Positions 48,001-62,215 of a stretch of DNA of 64,000 bases are shown piece by piece. Position 1 is the first letter of the stretch. Each line of letters opens with the position of its first letter. Location: positions 116,560,001 to 116,624,000 of the forward strand of contig OZ024744.1 in assembly GCA_964016885.1 (NCBI GenBank). The letters run 5' to 3'. Position numbers and translations under genes: made by a program. The stretch is from Eledone cirrhosa. Lineage: Eukaryota. The notes below the pieces were generated by a model. The model was not told the DNA's origin. It was given only the letters and a program-made list of their open reading frames with translations, and did not search any database.

Positions 48001-48465
48001 ATGTAAGATAATGACCAATGTGAGATAATGACAATGTGAGATAATGACCAATGTGAGGTAATGACAATGTGAGATAATGAGCAATGTGAGATAATGACAA
48101 TGTGAGATAATGACAATGTGAGATAATGACAATGTGAGATAATGACCAATGTGAGATAATGACAATGTGAGATAATGACAATGTGAGATAATGACCAATG
48201 TGAGATAATGACCAATGTGAGATAATGAGAACGTGTGATAATGACTCACGTGAGATAATGACAATGTGAGATAATGACAATGTGAGATAATGACCAATGT
48301 GAGATAATGACAATGTGAGATAATGACAATGTGAGATAATGACAATGTGAGATAATGACCAATGTGAGATAATGACAATGTGAGATAATGACCAATGTGA
48401 GATATTGACCAATGTGAGATAATGACCAATGTGAGATAATGACTCATGTGAGATAATGACCAATG
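27035..48465 (+). repeat. Largest tandem duplication, 2 x ~10.7-10.9 kb, near-identical, differing by a 132-bp (8-monomer) indel near 42.6 kb
   Basis: Offset 10873 (27565/38438, 28920/39793, 31588/42461), then 10741 (32374/43115, 34811/45552, 36920/47661, 37703/48444). Shared rare variants ATAATAACAAC (27311/38184), GATAATGATAATG and GATAATAACC. Confidence 0.9.
37560..37900 (+). repeat. Local 166-bp (10-monomer) duplication at the junction of the 10.8-kb duplication
   Basis: The GATATTG...TCATG pair is repeated, with TCA at 37703 and 37869. Confidence 0.7.
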
Positions 48466-51400
48466 TGAGATAATGACCAATGTGAGATAATGACAATGTG
48501 AGATAATGACAATGTGAGATAATGACAATGTGACATAATGACAATGTGAGATAATGACCAATTTGAGATAATGACCAATTTGAGATAATGACCAATGTGA
48601 GATAATGACAATGTGAGATAATGACAATGTGAGATAATGACAATGTGAGATAATGACAATGTGAGATAATGACCAATGTGAGATAATGACAATGTGAGAT
48701 AATGACAATGTGAGATAATGATCAATGTGAGATAATGACAATGTGAGATAATGACAATGTGAGATAATGACAATGTGAGATAATGACCAATGTGAGATAA
48801 TGACGATGTGAGATAATGACAATGTGAGATAATGACAATGTGAGATAATGACAATGTTAGATAATGACCAATGTGAGATAATGACAATGTGAGATAATGA
48901 CAATGTGAGATAATGACAATGTGAGATAATGACCAATGTGTGATAATGACAATGTGAGATAATGACCAATGTGAGATAATGACCAATGTGAGATAATGAC
49001 AATGTGAGATAATGACCAATGTGAGATAATGACAATGTGAGATAATGACAATGTGAGATAATGACAACGTGAGATAATGAAAATGTGAGATAATGACAAT
49101 GTGAGATAATGACAATGTGAGATAATGACAATGTGAGATAATGACAATGTGAGATAATGACAATGTGAGATAATGACAATGTGAGATAATGACAACGTGA
49201 GATAATGACAATTTGAGATAATGACAATGTGAGATAATGACCAATGTGAGATAATGACAATGTGAGATAATGACAATGTGAGATAATGACCAATGTGAGA
49301 TAATGACAATGTGAGATAATGACAATGTGAGATATTGACCAAAGTGAGATATTGACCAATGTGAGATAATGACAATGTGAGATAATGACCAATGTGAGAT
49401 AATGACAATGTGAGATAATGACCAATGTGAGATAATGACAATGTGAGATAATGACCAATGTGAGATAATGACCAATGTGAGATAATGACAATGTGAGATA
49501 ATGACAATGTGAGATAATGACAATGTGAGATAATGACAATGTGACATAATGACCAGTTTGAGATAATGACCAATTTGAGATAATGACCAATGTGAGATAA
49601 TGACAATGTGAGATAATGACAATTTGAGATAATGACAATGTGAGATAATGACAATGTGAGATAATGACCAATGTGAGATAATGACAATGTGAGATAATGA
49701 CAATGTGAGATAATGACAATGTGAGATAATGACCAATGTGAGATAATGACAATGTGAAATAATGACCAATGTGAGATAATGACCAATGTGAGATAATGAC
49801 AATGTGAGATAATGACCAATGTGAGATAATGACAATGTGAGATAATGACAATGTGATATAATGACAATGTGAGATAATGACCAATGTGAGATAATGACAA
49901 AGTGAGATAATGACAATGTGAGATAATGACAATGTGAGATAATGACAATGTGAGATAATGAAAATGTGAGATAATGACAATGTGAGATAATGACAATGTG
50001 AGATAATGACCAATGTGAGATAATGACAAAGTGAGATAATGACAAGGTGAGATAATGACCAATGTGAGATAATGACAATGTGAGATAATGACAATGTGAC
50101 ATAATTACCAACGTGAGATAATGACAATGGGAGATAATGACAATGTGAGATAGTGACCAATGTGAGATAATGACAATGTGAGATAATGACCAATGTGAGG
50201 TAATGACAATGTGAGATAATGACCAATGTGAGATAATGACAACGTGAGATAATGACAATGTGAGATAATGACCAATGTGAGATAATGACCAATGTGAGAT
50301 AATGACAATGTGAGATAATGACAATGTGAGATAATGACCAATGTGAGATAATGACAATGTGAGATAATGACAATGTGAGATAATGACAATGTGAGATAAT
50401 GACCAATGTGAGATAATGACAATGTGAGATAATGACAATGTGAGATAATGACCAATGTGAGATAATGACCAATGTGAGATAATGAGAACGTGTGATAATG
50501 ACTCACGTGAGATAATGACAATGGGAGATAATGACCAATGTGAGATAATGACCAATGTGAGATAATGAGAACATGTGATAATGATTCATGTGAGATAATG
50601 ACCAATGTGAGATAATGACAATGTGAGATAATGACAATGTGAGATAATGACAACATGAGATAATGACAACGTGAGATAATGACAATGTGAGATAAGGACA
50701 ATGTGAGATAATGACAATGTGAGATAATGACAACGTGAGATAATGACAACGTGAGATAATGACAATGTGAGATAATGACAATGTGAGATAATGACAATGT
50801 GAGATAATGACAATGTGAGATAATGACAATGTGAGATAATGACAATGTGAGATAATGACAACGTGAGATAATGACAATGTGAGATAATGACGAATGTGAG
50901 ATAATGACAATGTGAGATAATGACAATGTAAGATAATGACCAATGTGAGATAATGACAATGTGAGATAATGACCAATGTGAGGTAATGACAATGTGAGAT
51001 AATGAGCAATGTGAGATAATGACAATGTGAGATAATGACAATGTGAGATAATGACAATGTGAGATAATGACCAATGTGAGATAATGACAATGTGAGATAA
51101 TGACAATGTGAGATAATGACCAATGTGAGATAATGACCAATGTGAGATAATGAGAACGTGTGATAATGACTCACGTGAGATAATGACAATGTGAGATAAT
51201 GACAATGTGAGATAATGACCAATGTGAGATAATGACAATGTGAGATAATGACAATGTGAGATAATGACAATGTGAGATAATGACCAATGTGAGATAATGA
51301 CAATGTGAGATAATGACCAATGTGAGATATTGACCAATGTGAGATAATGACCAATGTGAGATAATGACTCATGTGAGATAATGACCAATGTGAGATAATG

Positions 51401-52570
51401 ACCAATGTGAGATAATGACAATGTGAGATAATGACAATGTGAGACAATGACAATGTGACATAATGACAATGTGAGATAATGACCAATTTGAGATAATGAC
51501 CAATTTGAGATAATGACCAATGTGAGATAATGACAATGTGAGATAATGACAATGTGAGATAATGACAATGTGAGATAATGACAATGTGAGATAATGACCA
51601 ATGTGAGATAATGACAATGTGAGATAATGACAATGTGAGATAATGATCAATGTGAGATAATGACAATGTGAGATAATGACAATGTGAGATAATGACAATG
51701 TGAGATAATGACCAATGTGAGATAATGACGATGTGAGATAATGACAATGTGAGATAATGACAATGTGAGATAATGACAATGTTAGATAATGACCAATGTG
51801 AGATAATGACAATGTGAGATAATGACAATGTGAGATAATGACAATGTGAGATAATGACCAATGTGTGATAATGACAATGTGAGATAATGACCAATGTGAG
51901 ATAATGACCAATGTGAGATAATGACAATGTGAGATAATGACCAATGTGAGATAATGACAATGTGAGATAATGACAATGTGAGATAATGACAACGTGAGAT
52001 AATGAAAATGTGAGATAATGACAATGTGAGATAATGACAATGTGAGATAATGACAATGTGAGATAATGACAATGTGAGATAATGACAATGTGAGATAATG
52101 ACAATGTGAGATAATGACAACGTGAGATAATGACAATTTGAGATAATGACAATGTGAGATAATGACCAATGTGAGATAATGACAATGTGAGATAATGACA
52201 ATGTGAGATAATGACCAATGTGAGATAATGACAATGTGAGATAATGACAATGTGAGATATTGACCAATGTGAGATATTGACCAATGTGAGATAATGACAA
52301 TGTGAGATAATGACCAATGTGAGATAATGACAATGTGAGATAATGACCAATGTGAGATAATGACTCATGTGAGATAATGACCAATGTGAGATAATGACCA
52401 ATGTGAGATAATGACAATGTGAGATAATGACAATGTGAGATAATGACAATGTGAGATAATGACAATGTGACATAATGACCAGTTTGAGATAATGACCAAT
52501 TTGAGATAATGACCAATGTGAGATAATGACAATGTGAGATAATGACAATTTGAGATAATGACAATGTGAG
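46940..52570 (+). repeat. Tandem higher-order duplication, 2 x ~2925 bp
   Basis: 47180/50105, 47578/50503, 48444/51369, 48857/51782. AGTTT at 49555/52481. Confidence 0.85.
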
Positions 52571-55500
52571 ATAATGACAATGTGAGATAATGACCAATTT
52601 GAGATAATGACAATGTGAGATAATGACAATGTGAGATAATGACCAATGTGAGATAATGACAAAGTGAGATAATGACAATGTGAGATAATGACAATGTGAG
52701 ATAATGACCAATGTGAGATAATGACAATGTGAGATAATGACAATGTGAGATAATGACAATGTGAGATAATGACAATGTGAGATAATGACCAATGTGAGAT
52801 AATGACAATGTGAGATAATGACAATGTGAGATAATGACCAATGTGAGATAATGACAATGTGAGATAATGACAATGTGAGATAATGACAATGTGAGATAAT
52901 GACCAATGTGAGATAATGACAATGTGAGATAATGACCGATGTGAGATAATGACCAATGTGAGATAATGACAATGTGAGATAATGACCAATGTGAGATAAT
53001 GAAAAAGTCAGATAATGACCAATGTGAGATAATGACCAATGTGAGATAATGAGCAATGTGAGATAATGACAATGTGAGATAATGACCAGTGTGAGATAAT
53101 GACAATGTGAGATAATGACAATGTGAGATAATGACAATGTGAGATAATGACAATGTGAGATAATGACAATGGGAGATAATGACAATGTGAGATAATGACA
53201 ATGTGAGATAATGACCAACGTGAGATAATGAGAATGTGTGATAATGACTCACATGAGATAATGACAATGTGAGATAATGAGCAATGTGACATAATGACAA
53301 TGTGAGATAATGACAATGTGAGATAATGACAATGTGAGATAATGACCAATGTGAGATAATGACAAAGTGAGATAATGACAATGTGAGATAATGACCAATG
53401 TGAGATAATGACCAACGTGAGATAATGAGAACGTGTGATAATGACTCACGTGAGATAATGACAATGTGAGATAATGACAATGTGAGATAATGACCAATGT
53501 AAGATAATGACAATGTGAGAAAATGACAATGTGAGATAATGACAATGTGAGATAATGACAACGTGAGATAATGACAATGTGAGATAATGACAATGTGAGA
53601 TAATGACAATGTGAGATAATGACAATGTGAGATAATGACAACGTGAGATAATGACAATGTGAGATAATGACAATGTGAGATAATGACAATGTGAGATAAT
53701 GACAATGTGAGATAATGACAATGTGAGATAATGACAATGTGAGATAATGACAATTTGAGATAATGACAATGTGAGATAATGACCAATGTGAGATAATGAC
53801 AATGTGAGATAATGACAATGTGAGATAATGACCAATGTGAGATAATGACAATGTGAGATAATGACAATGGGAGATAATGACAATGTGAGATAATGACAAT
53901 GTGAGATAATGACAATGTGGGATAATGACCGATTTGAGATAATGACAATGTGAGATAATGACCAATGTGAGATAATGACAATGTGAGATAATGACCAATG
54001 TGAGATAATGACAATGTGAGATAATGACCAATGTGAGATAATGACAATGTGAGATAATGACCAATGTGAGATATTGACCAATGTGAGATAATGACCAATG
54101 TGAGATAATGACTCATGTGAGATAATGACCAATGTGAGATAATGACCAATGTGAGATAATGACAATGTGAGATAATGACAATGTTAGATAATGACAATGT
54201 GACATAATGACAATGAGAGATAATGACCAATTTGAGATAATGACCAATTTGAGATAATGACCAATGTGAGATAATGACAATGTGAGATAATGACAATGTG
54301 AGATAATGACAATGTGAGATAATGACAATGTGAGATAATGACCAATGTGAGATAATGACAATGTGAGATAATGACAATGGGAGATAATGACAATGTGAGA
54401 TAATGACAATGTGAGATAATGACAATGTGGGATAATGACCGATTTGAGATAATGACAATGTGAGATAATGACCAATGTGAGATAATGACAATGTGAGATA
54501 ATGACCAATGTGAGATAATGACAATGTGAGATAATGACCAATGTGAGATAATGACAATGTGAGATAATGACCAATGTGAGATATTGACCAATGTGAGATA
54601 ATGACCAATGTGAGATAATGACTCATGTGAGATAATGACCAATGTGAGATAATGACCAATGTGAGATAATGACAATGTGAGATAATGACAATGTTAGATA
54701 ATGACAATGTGACATAATGACAATGAGAGATAATGACCAATTTGAGATAATGACCAATTTGAGATAATGACCAATGTGAGATAATGACAATGTGAGATAA
54801 TGACAATGTGAGATAATGACAATGTGAGATAATGACAATGTGAGATAATGACCAATGTGAGATAATGAAAATGTGAGATAATGACAATGTGAGATAATGA
54901 TCAATGTGAGATAATGACAATGTTAGATAATGACAATGTGAGATAATGACAATGTGAGATAATGACCAATGTGAGATAATGACGATGTGAGATAATGACA
55001 ATGTGAGATAATGACAATGTGAGATAATGACAATGTGAGATAATGACCAATGTGAGATAATGACAATGTGAGATAATGACAATGTGAGATAATGACCAAT
55101 GTGAGATAATGACAATGTGAGATAATGACAATGTGAGATAATGACAATGTGAGATAATGACCAATGTGAGATAATGACAATGTGAGATAATGACCAATGT
55201 GAGATAATGACCAATGTGAGATGATGACAATGTGAGATAATGACCAATGTGAGATAATGACAATGTGAGATAATGACAATGTGAGATAATGACAATGTGA
55301 GATAATGACCAATGTGAGATAATGACAAAGTGAGATAATGACAATGTGAGATAATGACAATGTGAGATAATGACAATGTGAGAATATGAAAATGTGAGAT
55401 AATGACAATGTGAGATAATGACAATGTGAGATAATGACCAATGTGAGATAATGACAAAGTGAGATAATGACAAGGTGAGATAATGACCAATGTGAGATAA

Positions 55501-58500
55501 TGACAATGTGAGATAATGACAATGTGAGATAATTACCAACGTGAGATAATGACAATGGGAGATAATGACAATGTGAGATAGTGACCAATGTGAGATAATG
55601 ACAATGTGAGATAATGACCAATGTGAGGTAATGACAATGTGAGATAATGACCAATGTGAGATAATGACAACGTGAGATAATGACAATGTGAGATAATGAC
55701 CAATGTGAGATAATGACCAATGTGAGATAATGACAATGTGAGATAATGACAATGTGAGATAATGACCAATGTGAGATAATGACAATGTGAGATAATGACA
55801 ATGTGAGATAATGACAATGTGAGATAATGACCAATGTGAGATAATGACAATGTGAGATAATGACAATGTGAGATAATGACCAATGTGAGATAATGACCAA
55901 TGTGAGATAATGAGAACGTGTGATAATGACTCACGTGAGATAATGACAATGGGAGATAATGACCAATGTGAGATAATGACCAATGTGAGATAATGAGAAC
56001 ATGTGATAATGATTCATGTGAGATAATGACCAATGTGAGATAATGACAATGTGAGATAATGACAATGTGAGATAATGACCAATGTGAGATAATGACAATG
56101 TGAGATAATGACAATGTGAGATAATGACAACATGAGATAATGACAACGTGAGATAATGACAATGTGAGATAAGGACAATGTGAGATAATGACAATGTGAG
56201 ATAATGACAACGTGAGATAATGACAACGTGAGATAATGACAATGTGAGATAATGACAATGTGAGATAATGACAATGTGAGATAATGACAATGTGAGATAA
56301 TGACAATGTGAGATAATGACAATGTGAGATAATGACAACGTGAGATAATGACAATGTGAGATAATGACGAATGTGAGATAATGACAACGTGAGATAATGA
56401 CAATGTAAGATAATGACCAATGTGAGATAATGACAATGTGAGATAATGACCAATGTGAGGTAATGACAATGTGAGATAATGAGCAATGTGAGATAATGAC
56501 AATGTGAGATAATGACAATGTGAGATAATGACAATGTGAGATAATGACCAATGTGAGATAATGACAATGTGAGATAATGACAATGTGAGATAATGACCAA
56601 TGTGAGATAATGACCAATGTGAGATAATGAGAACGTGTGATAATGACTCACGTGAGATAATGACAATGTGAGATAATGACAATGTGAGATAATGACCAAT
56701 GTGAGATAATGACAATGTGAGATAATGACAATGTGAGATAATGACAATGTGAGATAATGACCAATGTGAGATAATGACAATGTGAGATAATGACCAATGT
56801 GAGATATTGACCAATGTGAGATAATGACCAATGTGAGATAATGACTCATGTGAGATAATGACCAATGTGAGATAATGACCAATGTGAGATAATGACAATG
56901 TGAGATAATGACAATGTGAGATAATGACAATGTGAGATAATGACCAATGTGAGATAATGACAATGTGAGATAATGACAATGTGAGATAATGACAATGTGA
57001 GATAATGACCAATGTGAGATAATGACAATGTGAGATAATGACCGATGTGAGATAATGACCAATGTGAGATAATGACAATGTGAGATAATGACCAATGTGA
57101 GATAATGACAAAGTCAGATAATGACCAATGTGAGATAATGACCAATGTGAGATAATGAGCAATGTGAGATAATGACAATGTGAGATAATGACCAGTGTGA
57201 GATAATGACAATGTGAGATAATGACAATGTGAGATAATGACAATGTGAGATAATGACAATGTGAGATAATGACAATGGGAGATAATGACAATGTGAGATA
57301 ATGACAATGTGAGATAATGACCAACGTGAGATAATGAGAATGTGTGATAATGACTCACGTGAGATAATGACAATGTGAGATAATGACAATGTGAGATAAT
57401 GACAATGTGAGATAATGACAATGTGAGATAATGACAATGTGAGATAATGACAATGTGAGATAATGACAACGTGAGATAATGACAATTTGAGATAATGACA
57501 ATGTGAGATAATGACCAATGTGAGATAATGACAATGTGAGATAATGACAATGTGAGATAATGACCAATGTGAGATAATGACAATGTGAGATAATGACAAT
57601 GTGAGATATTGACCAATGTGAGATATTGACCAATGTGAGATAATGACAATGTGAGATAATGACCAATGTGAGATAATGACAATGTGAGATAATGACCAAT
57701 GTGAGATAATGACTCATGTGAGATAATGACCAATGTGAGATAATGACCAATGTGAGATAATGACAATGTGAGATAATGACAATGTGAGATAATGACAATG
57801 TGAGATAATGACAATGTGACATAATGACCAGTTTGAGATAATGACCAATTTGAGATAATGACCAATGTGAGATAATGACAATGTGAGATAATGACAATTT
57901 GAGATAATGACAATGTGAGATAATGACAATGTGAGATAATGACCAATTTGAGATAATGACAATGTGAGATAATGACAATGTGAGATAATGACCAATGTGA
58001 GATAATGACAAAGTGAGATAATGACAATGTGAGATAATGACAATGTGAGATAATGACCAATGTGAGATAATGACAATGTGAGATAATGACAATGTGAGAT
58101 AATGACAATGTGAGATAATGACAATGTGAGATAATGACCAATGTGAGATAATGACAATGTGAGATAATGACAATGTGAGATAATGACCAATGTGAGATAA
58201 TGACAATGTGAGATAATGACAATGTGAGATAATGACAATGTGAGATAATGACCAATGTGAGATAATGACAATGTGAGATAATGACCGATGTGAGATAATG
58301 ACCAATGTGAGATAATGACAATGTGAGATAATGACCAATGTGAGATAATGACAAAGTCAGATAATGACCAATGTGAGATAATGACCAATGTGAGATAATG
58401 AGCAATGTGAGATAATGACAATGTGAGATAATGACCAGTGTGAGATAATGACAATGTGAGATAATGACAATGTGAGATAATGACAATGTGAGATAATGAC

Positions 58501-61500
58501 AATGTGAGATAATGACAATGGGAGATAATGACAATGTGAGATAATGACAATGTGAGATAATGACCAACGTGAGATAATGAGAATGTGTGATAATGACTCA
58601 CATGAGATAATGACAATGTGAGATAATGAGCAATGTGAGATAATGACAATGTGAGATAATGACAATGTGAGATAATGACAATGTGAGATAATGACCAATG
58701 TGAGATAATGACAAAGTGAGATAATGACAATGTGAGATAATGACCAATGTGAGATAATGACCAACGTGAGATAATGAGAACGTGTGATAATGACTCACGT
58801 GAGATAATGACAATGTGAGATAATGACAATGTGAGATAATGACCAATGTAAGATAATGACAATGTGAGAAAATGACAATGTGAGATAATGACAATGTGAG
58901 ATAATGACAACGTGAGATAATGACAATGTGAGATAATGACAATGTGAGATAATGACAATGTGAGATAATGACAACGTGAGATAATGACAATGTGAGATAA
59001 TGACAATGTGAGATAATGACAATGTGAGATAATGACAATGTGAGATAATGACAATGTGAGATAATGACAATGTGAGATAATGACAATTTGAGATAATGAC
59101 AATGTGAGATAATGACCAATGTGAGATAATGACAATGTGAGATAATGACAATGTGAGATAATGACCAATGTGAGATAATGACAATGTGAGATAATGACAA
59201 TGGGAGATAATGACAATGTGAGATAATGACAATGTGAGATAATGACAATGTGGGATAATGACCGATTTGAGATAATGACAATGTGAGATAATGACCAATG
59301 TGAGATAATGACAATGTGAGATAATGACCAATGTGAGATAATGACAATGTGAGATAATGACCAATGTGAGATAATGACAATGTGAGATAATGACCAATGT
59401 GAGATATTGACCAATGTGAGATAATGACCAATGTGAGATAATGACTCATGTGAGATAATGACCAATGTGAGATAATGACCAATGTGAGATAATGACAATG
59501 TGAGATAATGACAATGTTAGATAATGACAATGTGACATAATGACAATGAGAGATAATGACCAATTTGAGATAATGACCAATTTGAGATAATGACCAATGT
59601 GAGATAATGACAATGTGAGATAATGACAATGTGAGATAATGACAATGTGAGATAATGACAATGTGAGATAATGACCAATGTGAGATAATGAAAATGTGAG
59701 ATAATGACAATGTGAGATAATGATCAATGTGAGATAATGACAATGTTAGATAATGACAATGTGAGATAATGACAATGTGAGATAATGACCAATGTGAGAT
59801 AATGACGATGTGAGATAATGACAATGTGAGATAATGACAATGTGAGATAATGACAATGTGAGATAATGACCAATGTGAGATAATGACAATGTGAGATAAT
59901 GACAATGTGAGATAATGACCAATGTGAGATAATGACAATGTGAGATAATGACAATGTGAGATAATGACAATGTGAGATAATGACCAATGTGAGATAATGA
60001 CAATGTGAGATAATGACCAATGTGAGATAATGACCAATGTGAGATGATGACAATGTGAGATAATGACCAATGTGAGATAATGACAATGTGAGATAATGAC
60101 AATGTGAGATAATGACAATGTGAGATAATGACCAATGTGAGATAATGACAAAGTGAGATAATGACAATGTGAGATAATGACAATGTGAGATAATGACAAT
60201 GTGAGAATATGAAAATGTGAGATAATGACAATGTGAGATAATGACAATGTGAGATAATGACCAATGTGAGATAATGACAAAGTGAGATAATGACAAGGTG
60301 AGATAATGACCAATGTGAGATAATGACAATGTGAGATAATGACAATGTGAGATAATTACCAACGTGAGATAATGACAATGGGAGATAATGACAATGTGAG
60401 ATAGTGACCAATGTGAGATAATGACAATGTGAGATAATGACCAATGTGAGGTAATGACAATGTGAGATAATGACCAATGTGAGATAATGACAACGTGAGA
60501 TAATGACAATGTGAGATAATGACCAATGTGAGATAATGACCAATGTGAGATAATGACAATGTGAGATAATGACAATGTGAGATAATGACCAATGTGAGAT
60601 AATGACAATGTGAGATAATGACAATGTGAGATAATGACAATGTGAGATAATGACCAATGTGAGATAATGACAATGTGAGATAATGACAATGTGAGATAAT
60701 GACCAATGTGAGATAATGACCAATGTGAGATAATGAGAACGTGTGATAATGACTCACGTGAGATAATGACAATGGGAGATAATGACCAATGTGAGATAAT
60801 GACCAATGTGAGATAATGAGAACATGTGATAATGATTCATGTGAGATAATGACCAATGTGAGATAATGACAATGTGAGATAATGACAATGTGAGATAATG
60901 ACCAATGTGAGATAATGACAATGTGAGATAATGACAATGTGAGATAATGACAACATGAGATAATGACAACGTGAGATAATGACAATGTGAGATAAGGACA
61001 ATGTGAGATAATGACAATGTGAGATAATGACAACGTGAGATAATGACAACGTGAGATAATGACAATGTGAGATAATGACAATGTGAGATAATGACAATGT
61101 GAGATAATGACAATGTGAGATAATGACAATGTGAGATAATGACAATGTGAGATAATGACAACGTGAGATAATGACAATGTGAGATAATGACGAATGTGAG
61201 ATAATGACAACGTGAGATAATGACAATGTAAGATAATGACCAATGTGAGATAATGACAATGTGAGATAATGACCAATGTGAGGTAATGACAATGTGAGAT
61301 AATGAGCAATGTGAGATAATGACAATGTGAGATAATGACAATGTGAGATAATGACAATGTGAGATAATGACCAATGTGAGATAATGACAATGTGAGATAA
61401 TGACAATGTGAGATAATGACCAATGTGAGATAATGACCAATGTGAGATAATGAGAACGTGTGATAATGACTCACGTGAGATAATGACAATGTGAGATAAT

Positions 61501-62215
61501 GACAATGTGAGATAATGACCAATGTGAGATAATGACAATGTGAGATAATGACAATGTGAGATAATGACAATGTGAGATAATGACCAATGTGAGATAATGA
61601 CAATGTGAGATAATGACCAATGTGAGATATTGACCAATGTGAGATAATGACCAATGTGAGAAAATGACTCATGTGAGATAATGACCAATGTGAGATAATG
61701 ACCAATGTGAGATAATGACAATGTGAGATAATGACAATGTGAGATAATGACAATGTGAGATAATGACCAATGTGAGATAATGACAATGTGAGATAATGAC
61801 AATGTGAGATAATGACAATTTGAGATAATGACCAATGTGAGATAATGACAATGTGAGATAATGACCGATGTGAGATAATGACCAATGTGAGATAATGACA
61901 ATGTGAGATAATGACCAATGTGAGATAATGACAAAGTCAGATAATGACCAATGTGAGATAATGACCAATGTGAGATAATGAGCAATGTGAGATAATGACA
62001 ATGTGAGATAATGACCAGTGTGAGATAATGACAATGTGAGATAATGACAATGTGAGATAATGACAATGTGAGATAATGACAATGTGAGATAATGACAATG
62101 GGAGATAATGACAATGTGAGATAATGACAATGTGAGATAATGACCAACGTGAGATAATGAGAATGTGTGATAATGACTCACGTGAGATAATGACAATGTG
62201 AGATAATGAGCAATG
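52040..62215 (+). repeat. Tandem duplication with units of 5349 bp and 4823 bp
   Basis: Offset 5349 (52365/57714, 53008/58357, 53446/58795), then 5333 (54113/59446), then 4823 (54623/59446, 55931/60754, 57355/62178). 5349 - 16 - 510 = 4823. Confidence 0.85.
53800..54850 (+). repeat. Tandem higher-order duplication, 2 x 510 bp, nested in the 5349-bp unit
   Basis: GTGGG ~53917/54427, TCATG 54113/54623, GTTAG ~54183/54693. Confidence 0.85.
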
